Assembly: GCA_011176635.1 (NCBI GenBank)
Contig: DUEC01000014.1
Span: 1 to 52,387, forward strand
Source of the DNA: Dehalococcoidia bacterium
Lineage (GTDB): Bacteria; Chloroflexota; Dehalococcoidia; Dehalococcoidales; BS750m-G39
Direction of reading: 5' to 3'
DNA: 52,387 nt
The notes beneath the pieces were generated by a model. The model saw nothing but the letters and a program-made list of their open reading frames with translations, was not told the DNA's origin and made no database searches. The position numbers and the translations under genes are program-made. Shown here one piece after another: positions 17,545-26,749 of this stretch; within the stretch, counting starts at the first letter, position 1, and every line of letters starts with the position of its first letter.

Positions 17545-18379
17545 GAGCCGCTTTCTTCACTCCTTTGTCCCTTCTCTCCTTGAAGAAATTAAACTCGTCC
17601 GGCTCAAAGCTCAGGTTTGTTCCCATAGTATGCTGTATATAAGAATGGGTAAGCCCCTGGGTTACCCCCATAATGTCGTAGAGGAAATGCCGTGACGCCT
17701 TACCAAGAGCGATGCCATCACGGGGGAACTGGGCTAACCCCTGGGCAAGTTCATTAACCTCGGCTTCCAGTTTGTCGGCGGGGACGGCCCTGTTTATCAG
17801 CCCGATTTCACTGGCTTCCTTGCCGTCAATCATTTTACCGGTGATACAGAGCTCCAGGGCCCGGGTCAACCCGCACCTTAGAACCAGCATTGGTGATATA
17901 GTGTTGCCGGCTAGCCCCAGCCTCTCCTCAACATGACCGAGCTTACAGTCTTCAGAGGCTATAAGGAGGTCGCAATTGAGGAACAGGTCTAATGAGGCAC
18001 CGAGCAGGTAACCATGCGCCTGGGCTATGGTCAACTTGTGGCAGAGCAACAACTCCTGGGACTGTTCCCAGAAGGTGCGCCTATCGAAGTGCAAGCGCAC
18101 TCTCAGACTGGGGCGGCGCCCTTTCTCTCCGGGCTTTGGCTCCTTCCAGCCGTAAACGAAACCGACCTTACTCAAGTCGGCCCCGGCGCTAAGGGCACGG
18201 CCGGCCCCTTTAAAAATCACCACCTTGACATCATCATCCTCGTTGACCTCTTTTATCGCCTTGCTTATATCGTCGCTGAGCTCCGGGCACATGGCATTCA
18301 GTGTTTTGGGGCGGTTCAAGGTCACGCGGGCGATATAATCACTCTTCTCATAGATAATATTCTTGTATTTCATTGGCAC
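17507..18379 (-). CDS. Enoyl-CoA hydratase/isomerase (crotonase) family protein
   Basis: VVIFKGAGRALSAGADL and overall crotonase-like sequence, 290 aa. Confidence 0.8.
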   Translation of the reverse strand: MPMKYKNIIYEKSDYIARVTLNRPKTLNAMCPELSDDISKAIKEVNEDDDVKVVIFKGAGRALSAGADLSKVGFVYGWKEPKPGEKGRRPSLRVRLHFDRRTFWEQSQELLLCHKLTIAQAHGYLLGASLDLFLNCDLLIASEDCKLGHVEERLGLAGNTISPMLVLRCGLTRALELCITGKMIDGKEASEIGLINRAVPADKLEAEVNELAQGLAQFPRDGIALGKASRHFLYDIMGVTQGLTHSYIQHTMGTNLSFEPDEFNFFKERRDKGVKKAAHEKEDFYKSLDK

Positions 18380-18482
18380 CCTCCGTTGTTGCCATATTGT
18401 AATCTATTTTAGGGACTCTTACAAATTGCCTCCAGCTGAAAAATCCTCTCATACTGTGGGCATCGGGCTCGGCTGTGCTATA

Positions 18483-20225
18483 ATGATGAACATGAGTGAT
18501 GCCAGCCATAAGCGGGAGCCCGAAAGCAAGCTTTTGCCCCTCAAGGAAGCGGTGAGACGCCACCTGAAACCGGGGATGAAGCTACATCTTGCCGGTGGCA
18601 TAGGGGGACCCAGCGCCGCCATTTGTGAGATTATCCGCCAATATCATGGTACCACCCCCAATTTCACGCTCATTCAAAGCACCCTGTCGGGCCATGCCCT
18701 GAACCTCCTCCACGGCAACCTGGTGAGTAAGCTGATTTTCTCCGCCGGCGCCGACATATCGACCTCAGGACGCCCCAGCAAGATAATGCAGAAAGTCTGG
18801 GCAGAAAAGAGCCTTGAACTGGAAAACTGGTCTCTCTGCTCCCTCCAGCAGGGGCTGATGGCGGGAGCGCTGGGCGTTAGCTTCATGCCGACCCGTTCTA
18901 TCGCCCGGAGTAGTATGGCGCAGGATAACAAAGATTCTTTTAAGGAGATTGATGACCCCTTCGGGGGTGGAGCCAAGACAGGCGTAGTCAAAGCCATTAA
19001 CCCTGATATCTCCATAGTTCACGGGTGCGTTGCCGATGAACAGGGCAATACCATTTTACCCGCCCCCTATGGCGACGACCTCTGGGGGCCCCTGGCCAGC
19101 ATTAACGGGGTGCTGGTTACCGTCGAGAAGATTGTGCCCGCTGATTCTATAAAGAAATATGCCGCCCTGGTAAAGATACCCAACCATATCGTTAAGGCGG
19201 TGTCGGTAGCGCCTTTGGGGCTTCACCCCTTTTCAATGGCAGACCCGGGGATAAGCGGCTTTAACGCCTATGAGACCGATACCGAGTTTCTAGAGGACTT
19301 GCACCAGGCATCTGCCGACAGCCGGAAACTTGATGCCTGGATAAAGGAGTGGGTAATAGACTGCGCCACGCCGAAAGATTACCTTAATAAATTGGGTAGT
19401 CAAAGGGTAAAGGCCCTCAAGCAGATAACTACCAGGGGCGCTGAGCCCCCCGATTTTTCGGTAAAACCCGCTCCCGAACCGGGGGCAGAATATAGCCCCG
19501 AAGAAATGATGCTGATGGTGGCGGCCAGGGAGATAGCCAGGAGTGTGCTCAAAGCCAAGCACAGGACTATTCTTATGGGCGCCGGCTCTAGAGCTGTTGC
19601 CGTGTTACTGGCCTATTATCAGCTCAGAGCTGAAGGCTATGAACTGGAGCTTATCACCGGTAATGGGCAGATTGGCTACGAGCCCCAACCGGCCGAGCTA
19701 GCCATACCAAGCGTCGCCGGGGTATACAGCTCAAAAATGCTGACCGATACCATAAACACCCAGGGAGTGTTTGTTGGCGGCAGGAACAATAAATGCCTCA
19801 GTGTGCTCGGTGCCGGACAGATTGACCGAAACGGAAACCTTAATTCCACCACAACCGCCGAAGGCCAGTTTCTGGTTGGCTCCGGGGGAGCTAACGATGC
19901 CGCCAATGCCCGGGAAGTGCTCGTAATCCTCAACCAATCAAAAGACCGCTTCCCGGAAACCCTGCCCTACACCACCTGCCCGGGGGACAGGGTAACCACA
20001 GTGGTATCGACTATGGGCGTTTTTACCAAACCAATCGGAAAAACGGAACTGCGCCTGGCGGCATGTCTGCCCGACCCAAAACTACCAGGCCTGGAAGACA
20101 GGATAAAACGGGTGCAGGACAACTGCGGCTGGCTCCTCAAGCTGTCCGATAAGGTTGAAGAGGTAGCCAAACCCACACCAGATGAGTTAAAATTGCTGCG
20201 CTGGCTGGTGCCTTTGCCCTCATGA
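18483..20225 (+). CDS. Fused family-I CoA-transferase-like protein (GctA/AtoD-like N half + GctB/AtoA-like C half)
   Basis: LKPGMKLHLAGGIGG in the A-like half; YSPEEMMLMVAAREIA and GSGGAND in the B-like half. I moved the start to ATG 18483 because the 5' extension in the track overlaps the divergent crotonase gene. Confidence 0.7.
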   Translation: MMNMSDASHKREPESKLLPLKEAVRRHLKPGMKLHLAGGIGGPSAAICEIIRQYHGTTPNFTLIQSTLSGHALNLLHGNLVSKLIFSAGADISTSGRPSKIMQKVWAEKSLELENWSLCSLQQGLMAGALGVSFMPTRSIARSSMAQDNKDSFKEIDDPFGGGAKTGVVKAINPDISIVHGCVADEQGNTILPAPYGDDLWGPLASINGVLVTVEKIVPADSIKKYAALVKIPNHIVKAVSVAPLGLHPFSMADPGISGFNAYETDTEFLEDLHQASADSRKLDAWIKEWVIDCATPKDYLNKLGSQRVKALKQITTRGAEPPDFSVKPAPEPGAEYSPEEMMLMVAAREIARSVLKAKHRTILMGAGSRAVAVLLAYYQLRAEGYELELITGNGQIGYEPQPAELAIPSVAGVYSSKMLTDTINTQGVFVGGRNNKCLSVLGAGQIDRNGNLNSTTTAEGQFLVGSGGANDAANAREVLVILNQSKDRFPETLPYTTCPGDRVTTVVSTMGVFTKPIGKTELRLAACLPDPKLPGLEDRIKRVQDNCGWLLKLSDKVEEVAKPTPDELKLLRWLVPLPS

Positions 20226-20269
20226 GCTTACAATAGCCATCTGGTGAGCTACTAACAAAGGAGGCTTCT

Positions 20270-21490
20270 ATGGCCGGGCCGCTGGAAGGTATCCGAGTTC
20301 TGGAGTGTGGCGGTTATCTCAGTGCTCCCTCGGCCGGCTATATGCTGGGTGACCTGGGGGCTGAGGTAATCAAGATAGAAGACAGGGTCAAAGGAGACCC
20401 GGTCCGGGGTATGTCATCCACCTTTGGTAGAGGCATGATTATGCCCGACGGCACCAACATCCTGTTTGAAACCGCCAATAGAAACAAGAAAAGCATAACG
20501 CTGGATTTAAAAAAGGAAAAGGGGAAAGAACTGCTATACCGTTTAGTCGGCGTATCAGACGTATTCTGCACTAACTTCTCCCGCTCCGCCATTGATAGCC
20601 TGGGTATAGATTACCAGACCCTTAAGAAGCATAATAAAAAGATTATTTACGGTTTGGCCACGGGCTACGGTTCACTGGGGCCCGAGAGCGAGAAACGCGC
20701 CTTCGATACCATCGCCCAGGCGCGCTCAGGGATAATGGGTACTATCGGTGAGCCGGATGGCCCCCCCTTGCAGATAGCCGGGGCGATATTTGACCAGGTG
20801 ACGGGGACACTCCTGGTAAACGGCATATTAGCCTCGCTGGTAGCTCGGGACAAACAGGGGGCCGGCCAGGAGGTTGAAGTATCTCTGCTCGGCTCGGGAA
20901 TACACATGCAGGCCTATAACATCAACGTGGCCCTGCTGCGCGGGCGCCCGATGCCAAAACCTTCCAGACAGACGCTTAAAAATCCCCTGGCCAATCACTA
21001 CCAATGCGCCGATGGCAAATGGCTGCTGTTGGCCGAGCCCCAGTCCGACCGGTTTTGGCACAACTTTTGCCTCGCCCTGGGCATCGGAAAACTGGAAAAG
21101 GATGCCAAATTCGCCACCGCCAAAGACAGGCGTGATAATTTCCTGGAGCTTGCCGCCACTCTGGAGAAGGTATTTAAAACCAAGACCAGAGACGAATGGA
21201 TAAGCATTCTGCAGACCAAGGGCGGTGGCATCGCCTTTTCCCCTGTCCTTGAGCTGACCGAACTGCCTTTAGACCCACAGGTACTGGCTAACGAGTATAT
21301 TACCGAAGTTGACCATCCTACACTGGGCAAGGTCAAAACGATAGGTATCCCCATCAAGTTCAGCCAGACGCCGGCCCAGATTAAAAGCTGTGCCCCCAAC
21401 TTCGGCCAGCACACCGAAGAGGTGCTGATGGATGTCCTCGGCTACAGCTGGGAAGAGATACAGACACTGAAAGACGAGGAAATAATCTAG
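20270..21490 (+). CDS. Family-III (CaiB/BaiF/Frc-type) CoA-transferase, copy 1
   Basis: GIRVLECGGYLSAPSAGYMLGDLGAEVIKIE and FDTIAQARSGIM motifs. Confidence 0.85.
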   Translation: MAGPLEGIRVLECGGYLSAPSAGYMLGDLGAEVIKIEDRVKGDPVRGMSSTFGRGMIMPDGTNILFETANRNKKSITLDLKKEKGKELLYRLVGVSDVFCTNFSRSAIDSLGIDYQTLKKHNKKIIYGLATGYGSLGPESEKRAFDTIAQARSGIMGTIGEPDGPPLQIAGAIFDQVTGTLLVNGILASLVARDKQGAGQEVEVSLLGSGIHMQAYNINVALLRGRPMPKPSRQTLKNPLANHYQCADGKWLLLAEPQSDRFWHNFCLALGIGKLEKDAKFATAKDRRDNFLELAATLEKVFKTKTRDEWISILQTKGGGIAFSPVLELTELPLDPQVLANEYITEVDHPTLGKVKTIGIPIKFSQTPAQIKSCAPNFGQHTEEVLMDVLGYSWEEIQTLKDEEII

Positions 21491-21527
21491 AGATTTAGAG
21501 CGTCCGGCCGGACTTTAGGAGAAAACG

Positions 21528-22988
21528 ATGGAAATTAGGGTTAAGCAAAAGCGCATAGACGAAGAGCGCTTCCTGGAAATGCGCAAGGAGGTGCTGGCCC
21601 AATGGCCGACGGGCAAGGAGGTTGACCTTGAGGAGGCGGTAGCCTACCAGCTGAGTCTGCCGGAAAGCAAGAACTTCATGAAAGTTACCGAAAAAGCGCG
21701 CCAGGAAGGGGAAACCCTTATCTGGCCCAGGGCCGGCACCCCGGTCCTCGAGGACGAGATTGCCCTGGTCAAGACCCTGGTAGATGCCGGCATACGCCAC
21801 ATTCCGGTGACCATTGATAGCTATACTCGTTTGCTGCAGTTTGAAAAAGCTCAGCAGGCCCTGGAGGAGTCAATTAAGACTGGCCGCCCCATGCTCAACG
21901 GCTACCCCATCGTTAACCACGGCGTTAAGAAGACCAGGAAGGTGGTGGAAAGCGTTGAGGCCGCCTTTGTCCCTAGAGGCGCCGGCAGACTGGCCATGGA
22001 AATTGCCCTTGCCTCGGGTATGACGGCGGCGGGGAAGAGTTCACTCTTTGAATTTGGTAGCTACGAGAAAAAAACCACCCTGGAAGAATGCTTTGAACAC
22101 AGCCAGTATACGGACAGGCTGGCCGGATATTACACCGAAAGAGGCGCCATAATATCCACGGATATCCATGGACTTGTACCATCCGGCGTTTTTCCCTTCA
22201 GTGTCAATATAGCCTGTATAATCATAGACTCTCTGGTCGCCGCCGAGCAGGGGGTTAAAAGCATAATGCCCCAGACCCACTGTTTGGGACACATGGCGCA
22301 GGATATAGCCTGGATGAGGTTGATACCAAGATTGATGAGGGAGTACCTGGAAAAATTCGGCTATAAGGACGTTGTGGTCCCAGGCATACTGGCCAATCAG
22401 ATTCCTCTTTTCCCGGTTCCGCAGGGAATGGGCGGGGCCTTCGCCTACCTAAACTATACGGCCATGGTGGCGGCATTAGCTGAAGCCGAAGCGGTGTTTG
22501 TCAGGACTATTGATGAAGGGGCCGGTGTGGCCACAAGGGAGAGCCACGCTCTCAGCTATGAGTCGGCAAACTGGATTTTGAATGTGGTGAGGACACAAAA
22601 GATTAAATGTGAGATTGACGGTGTGGAAACAGAAGAGAAGGTAACCGATGTGGAAGTGAGGGCAATACTTGATAAGGTCCTGGAGCTCGGCGATGGTGAT
22701 GTAGTCATTGGCTCAATAAAGGGGGTCGAAGCTGGGGTGATTGATTCACCATTCAGCCCTAATATCAACATCAAAGACAAGGTGCTCGGCGTCAAGGATG
22801 TTACCGGAGCCTGCCGCTACCTTGAGTTCGGCAATCTGCCCATACCGGATGAGATTAAGGAGTTCCACCGGGAAAAGATAGCCGAGAGGGAGCGAGCCGA
22901 GGGAAGAAAGCTGGACTACCAGGTGGCGGTTGAGGACCTTTGGGCCTTAAGCAAGGGAAGAATAGTCGGCGCCCCCTCGGCCAGCTGA
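21528..22988 (+). CDS. Glutamate mutase epsilon (E) subunit-like adenosylcobalamin mutase component
   Basis: 486 aa. EVLAQWPTGKEVDLEEAV, WPRAG, TIDSYTR, AAEQGVK, RYLEFGN and SKGRIVG match my recollection of clostridial GlmE. Confidence 0.8.
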   Translation: MEIRVKQKRIDEERFLEMRKEVLAQWPTGKEVDLEEAVAYQLSLPESKNFMKVTEKARQEGETLIWPRAGTPVLEDEIALVKTLVDAGIRHIPVTIDSYTRLLQFEKAQQALEESIKTGRPMLNGYPIVNHGVKKTRKVVESVEAAFVPRGAGRLAMEIALASGMTAAGKSSLFEFGSYEKKTTLEECFEHSQYTDRLAGYYTERGAIISTDIHGLVPSGVFPFSVNIACIIIDSLVAAEQGVKSIMPQTHCLGHMAQDIAWMRLIPRLMREYLEKFGYKDVVVPGILANQIPLFPVPQGMGGAFAYLNYTAMVAALAEAEAVFVRTIDEGAGVATRESHALSYESANWILNVVRTQKIKCEIDGVETEEKVTDVEVRAILDKVLELGDGDVVIGSIKGVEAGVIDSPFSPNINIKDKVLGVKDVTGACRYLEFGNLPIPDEIKEFHREKIAERERAEGRKLDYQVAVEDLWALSKGRIVGAPSAS

Positions 22989-23012
22989 GAGTTCTTAAGA
23001 CAAGGAGAGGTA

Positions 23013-23438
23013 ATGAAAAAACAAGCCACGGTGATAACCGGAACGGTAGGGATGGATGCCCATGTCATCGGCACTAAAATCCTATCTCGCGCCCTGAAGG
23101 ATGCCGGGTTCAATGTTGTTGAACTGGGCATTCAGGTATCACCGGAGGAGTTCACTGAAGTGGCTAAAAAAACAAAAGCCGATGCCATCTTAATGACTTC
23201 ACTCTATGGTATGGCTGAGCTGGACTTAAGAGGATTCAAAGAGAAGTGTAAACAAGCCGGCCTTGAAGACTTGATTCTCTATATTGGCGGTGTCCTCGGG
23301 GTGGGCAGACAGGACTTCAAAGAAGTGGAGAAGAGATTCAAGAAGCTGGGATTTGAAAGAGTCTACCCACCCGAAGCCAATTTGGAATCAGTTATCGAAG
23401 ACCTCTGGAATGACCTGAGAGCAAAAGGGAAGACTTAA
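23013..23438 (+). CDS. Glutamate mutase sigma (S) subunit-like B12-binding protein
   Basis: 141 aa. DxHxxG motif (MDAHVIG), plus AGFNVVELG, KADAILMTSLYG, YIGG and VEKRFKKLGFERVY. Confidence 0.85.
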   Translation: MKKQATVITGTVGMDAHVIGTKILSRALKDAGFNVVELGIQVSPEEFTEVAKKTKADAILMTSLYGMAELDLRGFKEKCKQAGLEDLILYIGGVLGVGRQDFKEVEKRFKKLGFERVYPPEANLESVIEDLWNDLRAKGKT

Positions 23439-23448
23439 AAAGGAGCTT

Positions 23449-24675
23449 GTGCTAAACGGTTGTCGGGCATTAGACCTAACTGGTGAAAACGGCTTTCTCT
23501 GCGGCAAAATCCTGGCTGACCTCGGCGTTGACGTAATCAAGGTTGAGAAGCCCGGGGGCGACCCTGCCCGCCGAAGGGGGCCTTTCTGGGCTGACGCTCC
23601 GCACCCGGAGAAAAGCCTGTACTGGTTTGCTTACAACTCAAACAAAAGAGGTATCACCCTCAATATTGAAGCCGATAAAGGCAAAGAGATACTGAAAAAG
23701 CTAGTCAAGACGGCGGACTTCATAATTGAGTCATTCCCCCCCGGATTTATGGACAGCCTGGGACTGGGCTATTCCGCGCTCAACAGTATCAAGAAGGGAA
23801 TAATCCTGACCTCCATTACGCCGTTTGGTCAAGCTGGACCCTATAAGGACTACCAGGCCTCAGATATCGTGATTATGGGTATGGCCGGAATTCTTTACCA
23901 GACTGGCGACCCCGACCGTCCCCCGGTACAGATAAGCCTGCCGCAGGCCTGCCTTCACGCTGGAGCCGATGCCGCCGTGGCAACGATGATTGCCTATTAC
24001 CACCGGGAAATGAGCGGAGAAGGGCAGCAGGTAGATATATCAATGCAACAGAGCGCTGCCTGGTTTCTGGCCAATGCCATACCGCTCTGGGAGCTGAGCG
24101 GGGTGGCCTTGAAAAGGGCGGGGGCTTTTCGCTGGACTGTCAACTCCACGCAGCGGCAGGTCTGGCAGTGCCAGGACGGCTATGTCTTCTTCTTCATGGT
24201 AGGTGGCCGAGCCGGCGCTAAGAGCTTTCACGAGCTGGTGAGCTGGATGGACAGCCAAGGCATGACTAACGAATACCTGCGTTCCGTTGACTGGGAGAAC
24301 CTGGACATGTTCAAAGTCAGCCAGGATGTAGTCGACCAGATTTCCCAACCGATAGAAAAGTTCTTTCTGGCGCACACCAAGAAAGAGATTGCCCAGGGGG
24401 CAGCCGAGAGAAGTATATCAATCTGCCCCCTATCCAGCATGGCTGACCTGATGAATGACGGCCAGCTTGAATCCCGAAACTTCTGGATGGAAATAGAGCA
24501 CCCCGAATTTAATACCCAAATCACCTATCCCAGAGAATTTGTTAAGTCATCTCAAGAAACCTGCGCTACCCGATTCAGGGCTCCGCTTACCGGCGAGCAT
24601 AACGGGGAAATCTATGGCCAGATAGGGCTCTCTAAAAAAGAGCTGGTTGCCTTAAAACAGGCTTGGATTATCTAG
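23449..24675 (+). CDS. Family-III CoA-transferase, copy 2 (GTG start)
   Basis: CRALDLTGENGFLCGKILADLGVDVIKVEKPGGDP. 408 aa. Confidence 0.8.
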   Translation: MLNGCRALDLTGENGFLCGKILADLGVDVIKVEKPGGDPARRRGPFWADAPHPEKSLYWFAYNSNKRGITLNIEADKGKEILKKLVKTADFIIESFPPGFMDSLGLGYSALNSIKKGIILTSITPFGQAGPYKDYQASDIVIMGMAGILYQTGDPDRPPVQISLPQACLHAGADAAVATMIAYYHREMSGEGQQVDISMQQSAAWFLANAIPLWELSGVALKRAGAFRWTVNSTQRQVWQCQDGYVFFFMVGGRAGAKSFHELVSWMDSQGMTNEYLRSVDWENLDMFKVSQDVVDQISQPIEKFFLAHTKKEIAQGAAERSISICPLSSMADLMNDGQLESRNFWMEIEHPEFNTQITYPREFVKSSQETCATRFRAPLTGEHNGEIYGQIGLSKKELVALKQAWII

Positions 24676-24696
24676 AAAGGGGTATAACATTAGGAA

Positions 24697-25920
24697 ATGG
24701 AGGCTAGAAACGGCGTATTCAGCGGCATAAAAATAGCCGGCTTCGGCTGGGCCATAGTCGGCCCGCTAACCATGAAATACTTCGCCGACTACGGGGCAAC
24801 CGTGATTCGCGTGGAGAGCAGCCAACGCCCCTGCACCCTGAGGATATCAGCCCCCTATAAGGATGACAAGCCCGGCTTAGACCGCAGCGGCTACTTCAAT
24901 CATTTCAGCGCCAACATGTTCAGCCTGGCGCTTAACATGGAGCACCCTCAAGCCCGGCAGGTAGCCAGAAGGCTGGTGGCCGAGTCTGACGTGGTCATGG
25001 ATAACTTCACCCCCGGGGTGATGGAGAGCTGGGGGTTGGATTATGAGGAACTAAAAAAGGTCAAGCCCGACATCATTATGCTGCGGCAGAGCGGCTTTGG
25101 TTCCTGGGGTCCCTATGCCCAACAACCAGCCTTTGGCATGATACTGGCGGCTATGGCCGGCTTACCCAATTTCATAGGCTGGCCGGACAGAGGGCCACTA
25201 CCGGTTGGTGTCTCAGCCTATACCGACTGTATCTCCCCCCGTTTTGCCTCGGCCGCCCTGATTGCCGCCCTCGATTACCGCAATAAGACCGGAAAAGGCC
25301 AGCTGCTCGATTTATCACAGTTTGAAACGACGCTCTACTTTATAATGCCGGCTATCCTGGAATACATTTCAAGCGGCAGAGAACCATCAAGGTTAGGCAA
25401 CCGCCACCCCCACGCCGCCCCCCACGGCGTCTATCCCTGCAAGGGCGATGACCGCTGGTGCACTATAGCCGTATTCAGCGATGAGCAGTGGGCTAGCCTG
25501 TGCCGGGTGATGGGTAAGACCGAGTACATAGACGACCCCCGCTTCAGTACCCTGCCCAGCAGAAAGCAGAACGAGGATGAAATCAACCAACTGATAAGCG
25601 GCTGGACGGTTGACTTCACGCCGGAAGAGGTGATGGCCGAGATGCAGTCGGTCGGTGTGCCCGCCGGGGTGGTCAAGAATGCCGCTGACATATATAATGA
25701 CCCTCAACTGAGACAGCGCAACCTCTTCTGGCCCATAAATCACCCCGATATGGGGTTATTTACCCATCTGGGGCAGGGCTTTGAGCTGTCAAGAACGCCG
25801 GCGAAAGCCCAAACGCCCAGCCCCCGGCTGGGTGAACATACCGAGTATGTCTGTAATAAGATACTGGGCATGACTAGCGAAGAGTTTGCTAAGCTCTTCG
25901 GCGCCGGGGTGTTTGTTTGA
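24697..25920 (+). CDS. Family-III CoA-transferase, copy 3
   Basis: GIKIAGFGWAIVGPLTMKYFADYGATVIRVES. 407 aa. Confidence 0.8.
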   Translation: MEARNGVFSGIKIAGFGWAIVGPLTMKYFADYGATVIRVESSQRPCTLRISAPYKDDKPGLDRSGYFNHFSANMFSLALNMEHPQARQVARRLVAESDVVMDNFTPGVMESWGLDYEELKKVKPDIIMLRQSGFGSWGPYAQQPAFGMILAAMAGLPNFIGWPDRGPLPVGVSAYTDCISPRFASAALIAALDYRNKTGKGQLLDLSQFETTLYFIMPAILEYISSGREPSRLGNRHPHAAPHGVYPCKGDDRWCTIAVFSDEQWASLCRVMGKTEYIDDPRFSTLPSRKQNEDEINQLISGWTVDFTPEEVMAEMQSVGVPAGVVKNAADIYNDPQLRQRNLFWPINHPDMGLFTHLGQGFELSRTPAKAQTPSPRLGEHTEYVCNKILGMTSEEFAKLFGAGVFV

Positions 25921-25949
25921 ATTTACTTTAAAGAAAACAGGGGGCGATT

Positions 25950-26735
25950 ATGGACTTAAAACTAACCGACAAGGTAGCCTTGATAACCGGTACCGGCAGC
26001 CAGATAGGCTTCGGTAAGGGTATAGCCCTGGCTCTAGCCAGGGAAGGGTGCCACATAATTAGCGTCGATGTAGACCTTGAAGGAGCCCAAAAAACAGCGG
26101 CTGAGGTCAGGGCTTTAGGGCGTAAGGCTATTGCCATCAAGGCAGATATAACTAAAAAGGCCCAAGTTGACAAGGCAGTTAAGGAAGCCCTGGCTGAATT
26201 TGGTAAAATAGACATACTGGTAAATAATGCCGGCCGTGCCAGCGGCGTGCGGCCCTTCGTCACCACCACCGAAGCGCAGTGGGACATAGATATAGATGTT
26301 AACCTCAAGGGCACGCTATATTTCACCCAGGCCGTTCTCCCTCACATGCTTGAGCGCAAATACGGCAAGATTGTCAATTTCTCGACACATGCCGCCCACC
26401 AGCCAACAGGTCTGGCTGGTGCCGGTCCCTACATCGCGGCTAAGGCAGGAGTGGTGATGTTCAGTAAAACGCTTGCCGGCGAGGTGGGGCCTTCGGGAAT
26501 AAATATAAACATAATCGCCCCCGGCCCAGGGGCTACCAATTTCCACCGTACCAGCGGGGCTCCTCCTCAAATGGTAGAACTCGTCGAATCAATGGCCAAG
26601 GAAGGCCTGGCTGCCACGCCCCAGGATATTGCCAATACGGTAGCTTTTCTGGTCTCGGACGTAGCCAAGAAACTCTCAGGGCAGGTTATTGAGGTCTTTG
26701 CCCCCGCCGGGAGTCCTGGTGGCGGGGCCAATTAA
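25950..26735 (+). CDS. Short-chain dehydrogenase/reductase (SDR)
   Basis: TGTGSQIGFG, NNAG, and Y..AAKAG (YxxxK). Confidence 0.85.
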   Translation: MDLKLTDKVALITGTGSQIGFGKGIALALAREGCHIISVDVDLEGAQKTAAEVRALGRKAIAIKADITKKAQVDKAVKEALAEFGKIDILVNNAGRASGVRPFVTTTEAQWDIDIDVNLKGTLYFTQAVLPHMLERKYGKIVNFSTHAAHQPTGLAGAGPYIAAKAGVVMFSKTLAGEVGPSGININIIAPGPGATNFHRTSGAPPQMVELVESMAKEGLAATPQDIANTVAFLVSDVAKKLSGQVIEVFAPAGSPGGGAN

Positions 26736-26749
26736 ATTGGAGGTTTACC

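Noticed and set aside
18363-18482. 5' extension of the CoA-transferase ORF in the track (MYFIGTLRCCHIV...)
   Set aside because: It overlaps the start of the divergent crotonase gene and the intergenic promoter region. The family-like sequence only begins after the ATG cluster at 18483-18494.
21528-23438. Calling this the standard glutamate fermentation (methylaspartate) pathway
   Set aside because: No methylaspartate ammonia-lyase, mesaconase, citramalate lyase or MutL-type reactivase is present, the gene order is E-S rather than S-L-E, and the pair sits among CoA-transferases. I therefore left the substrate open.
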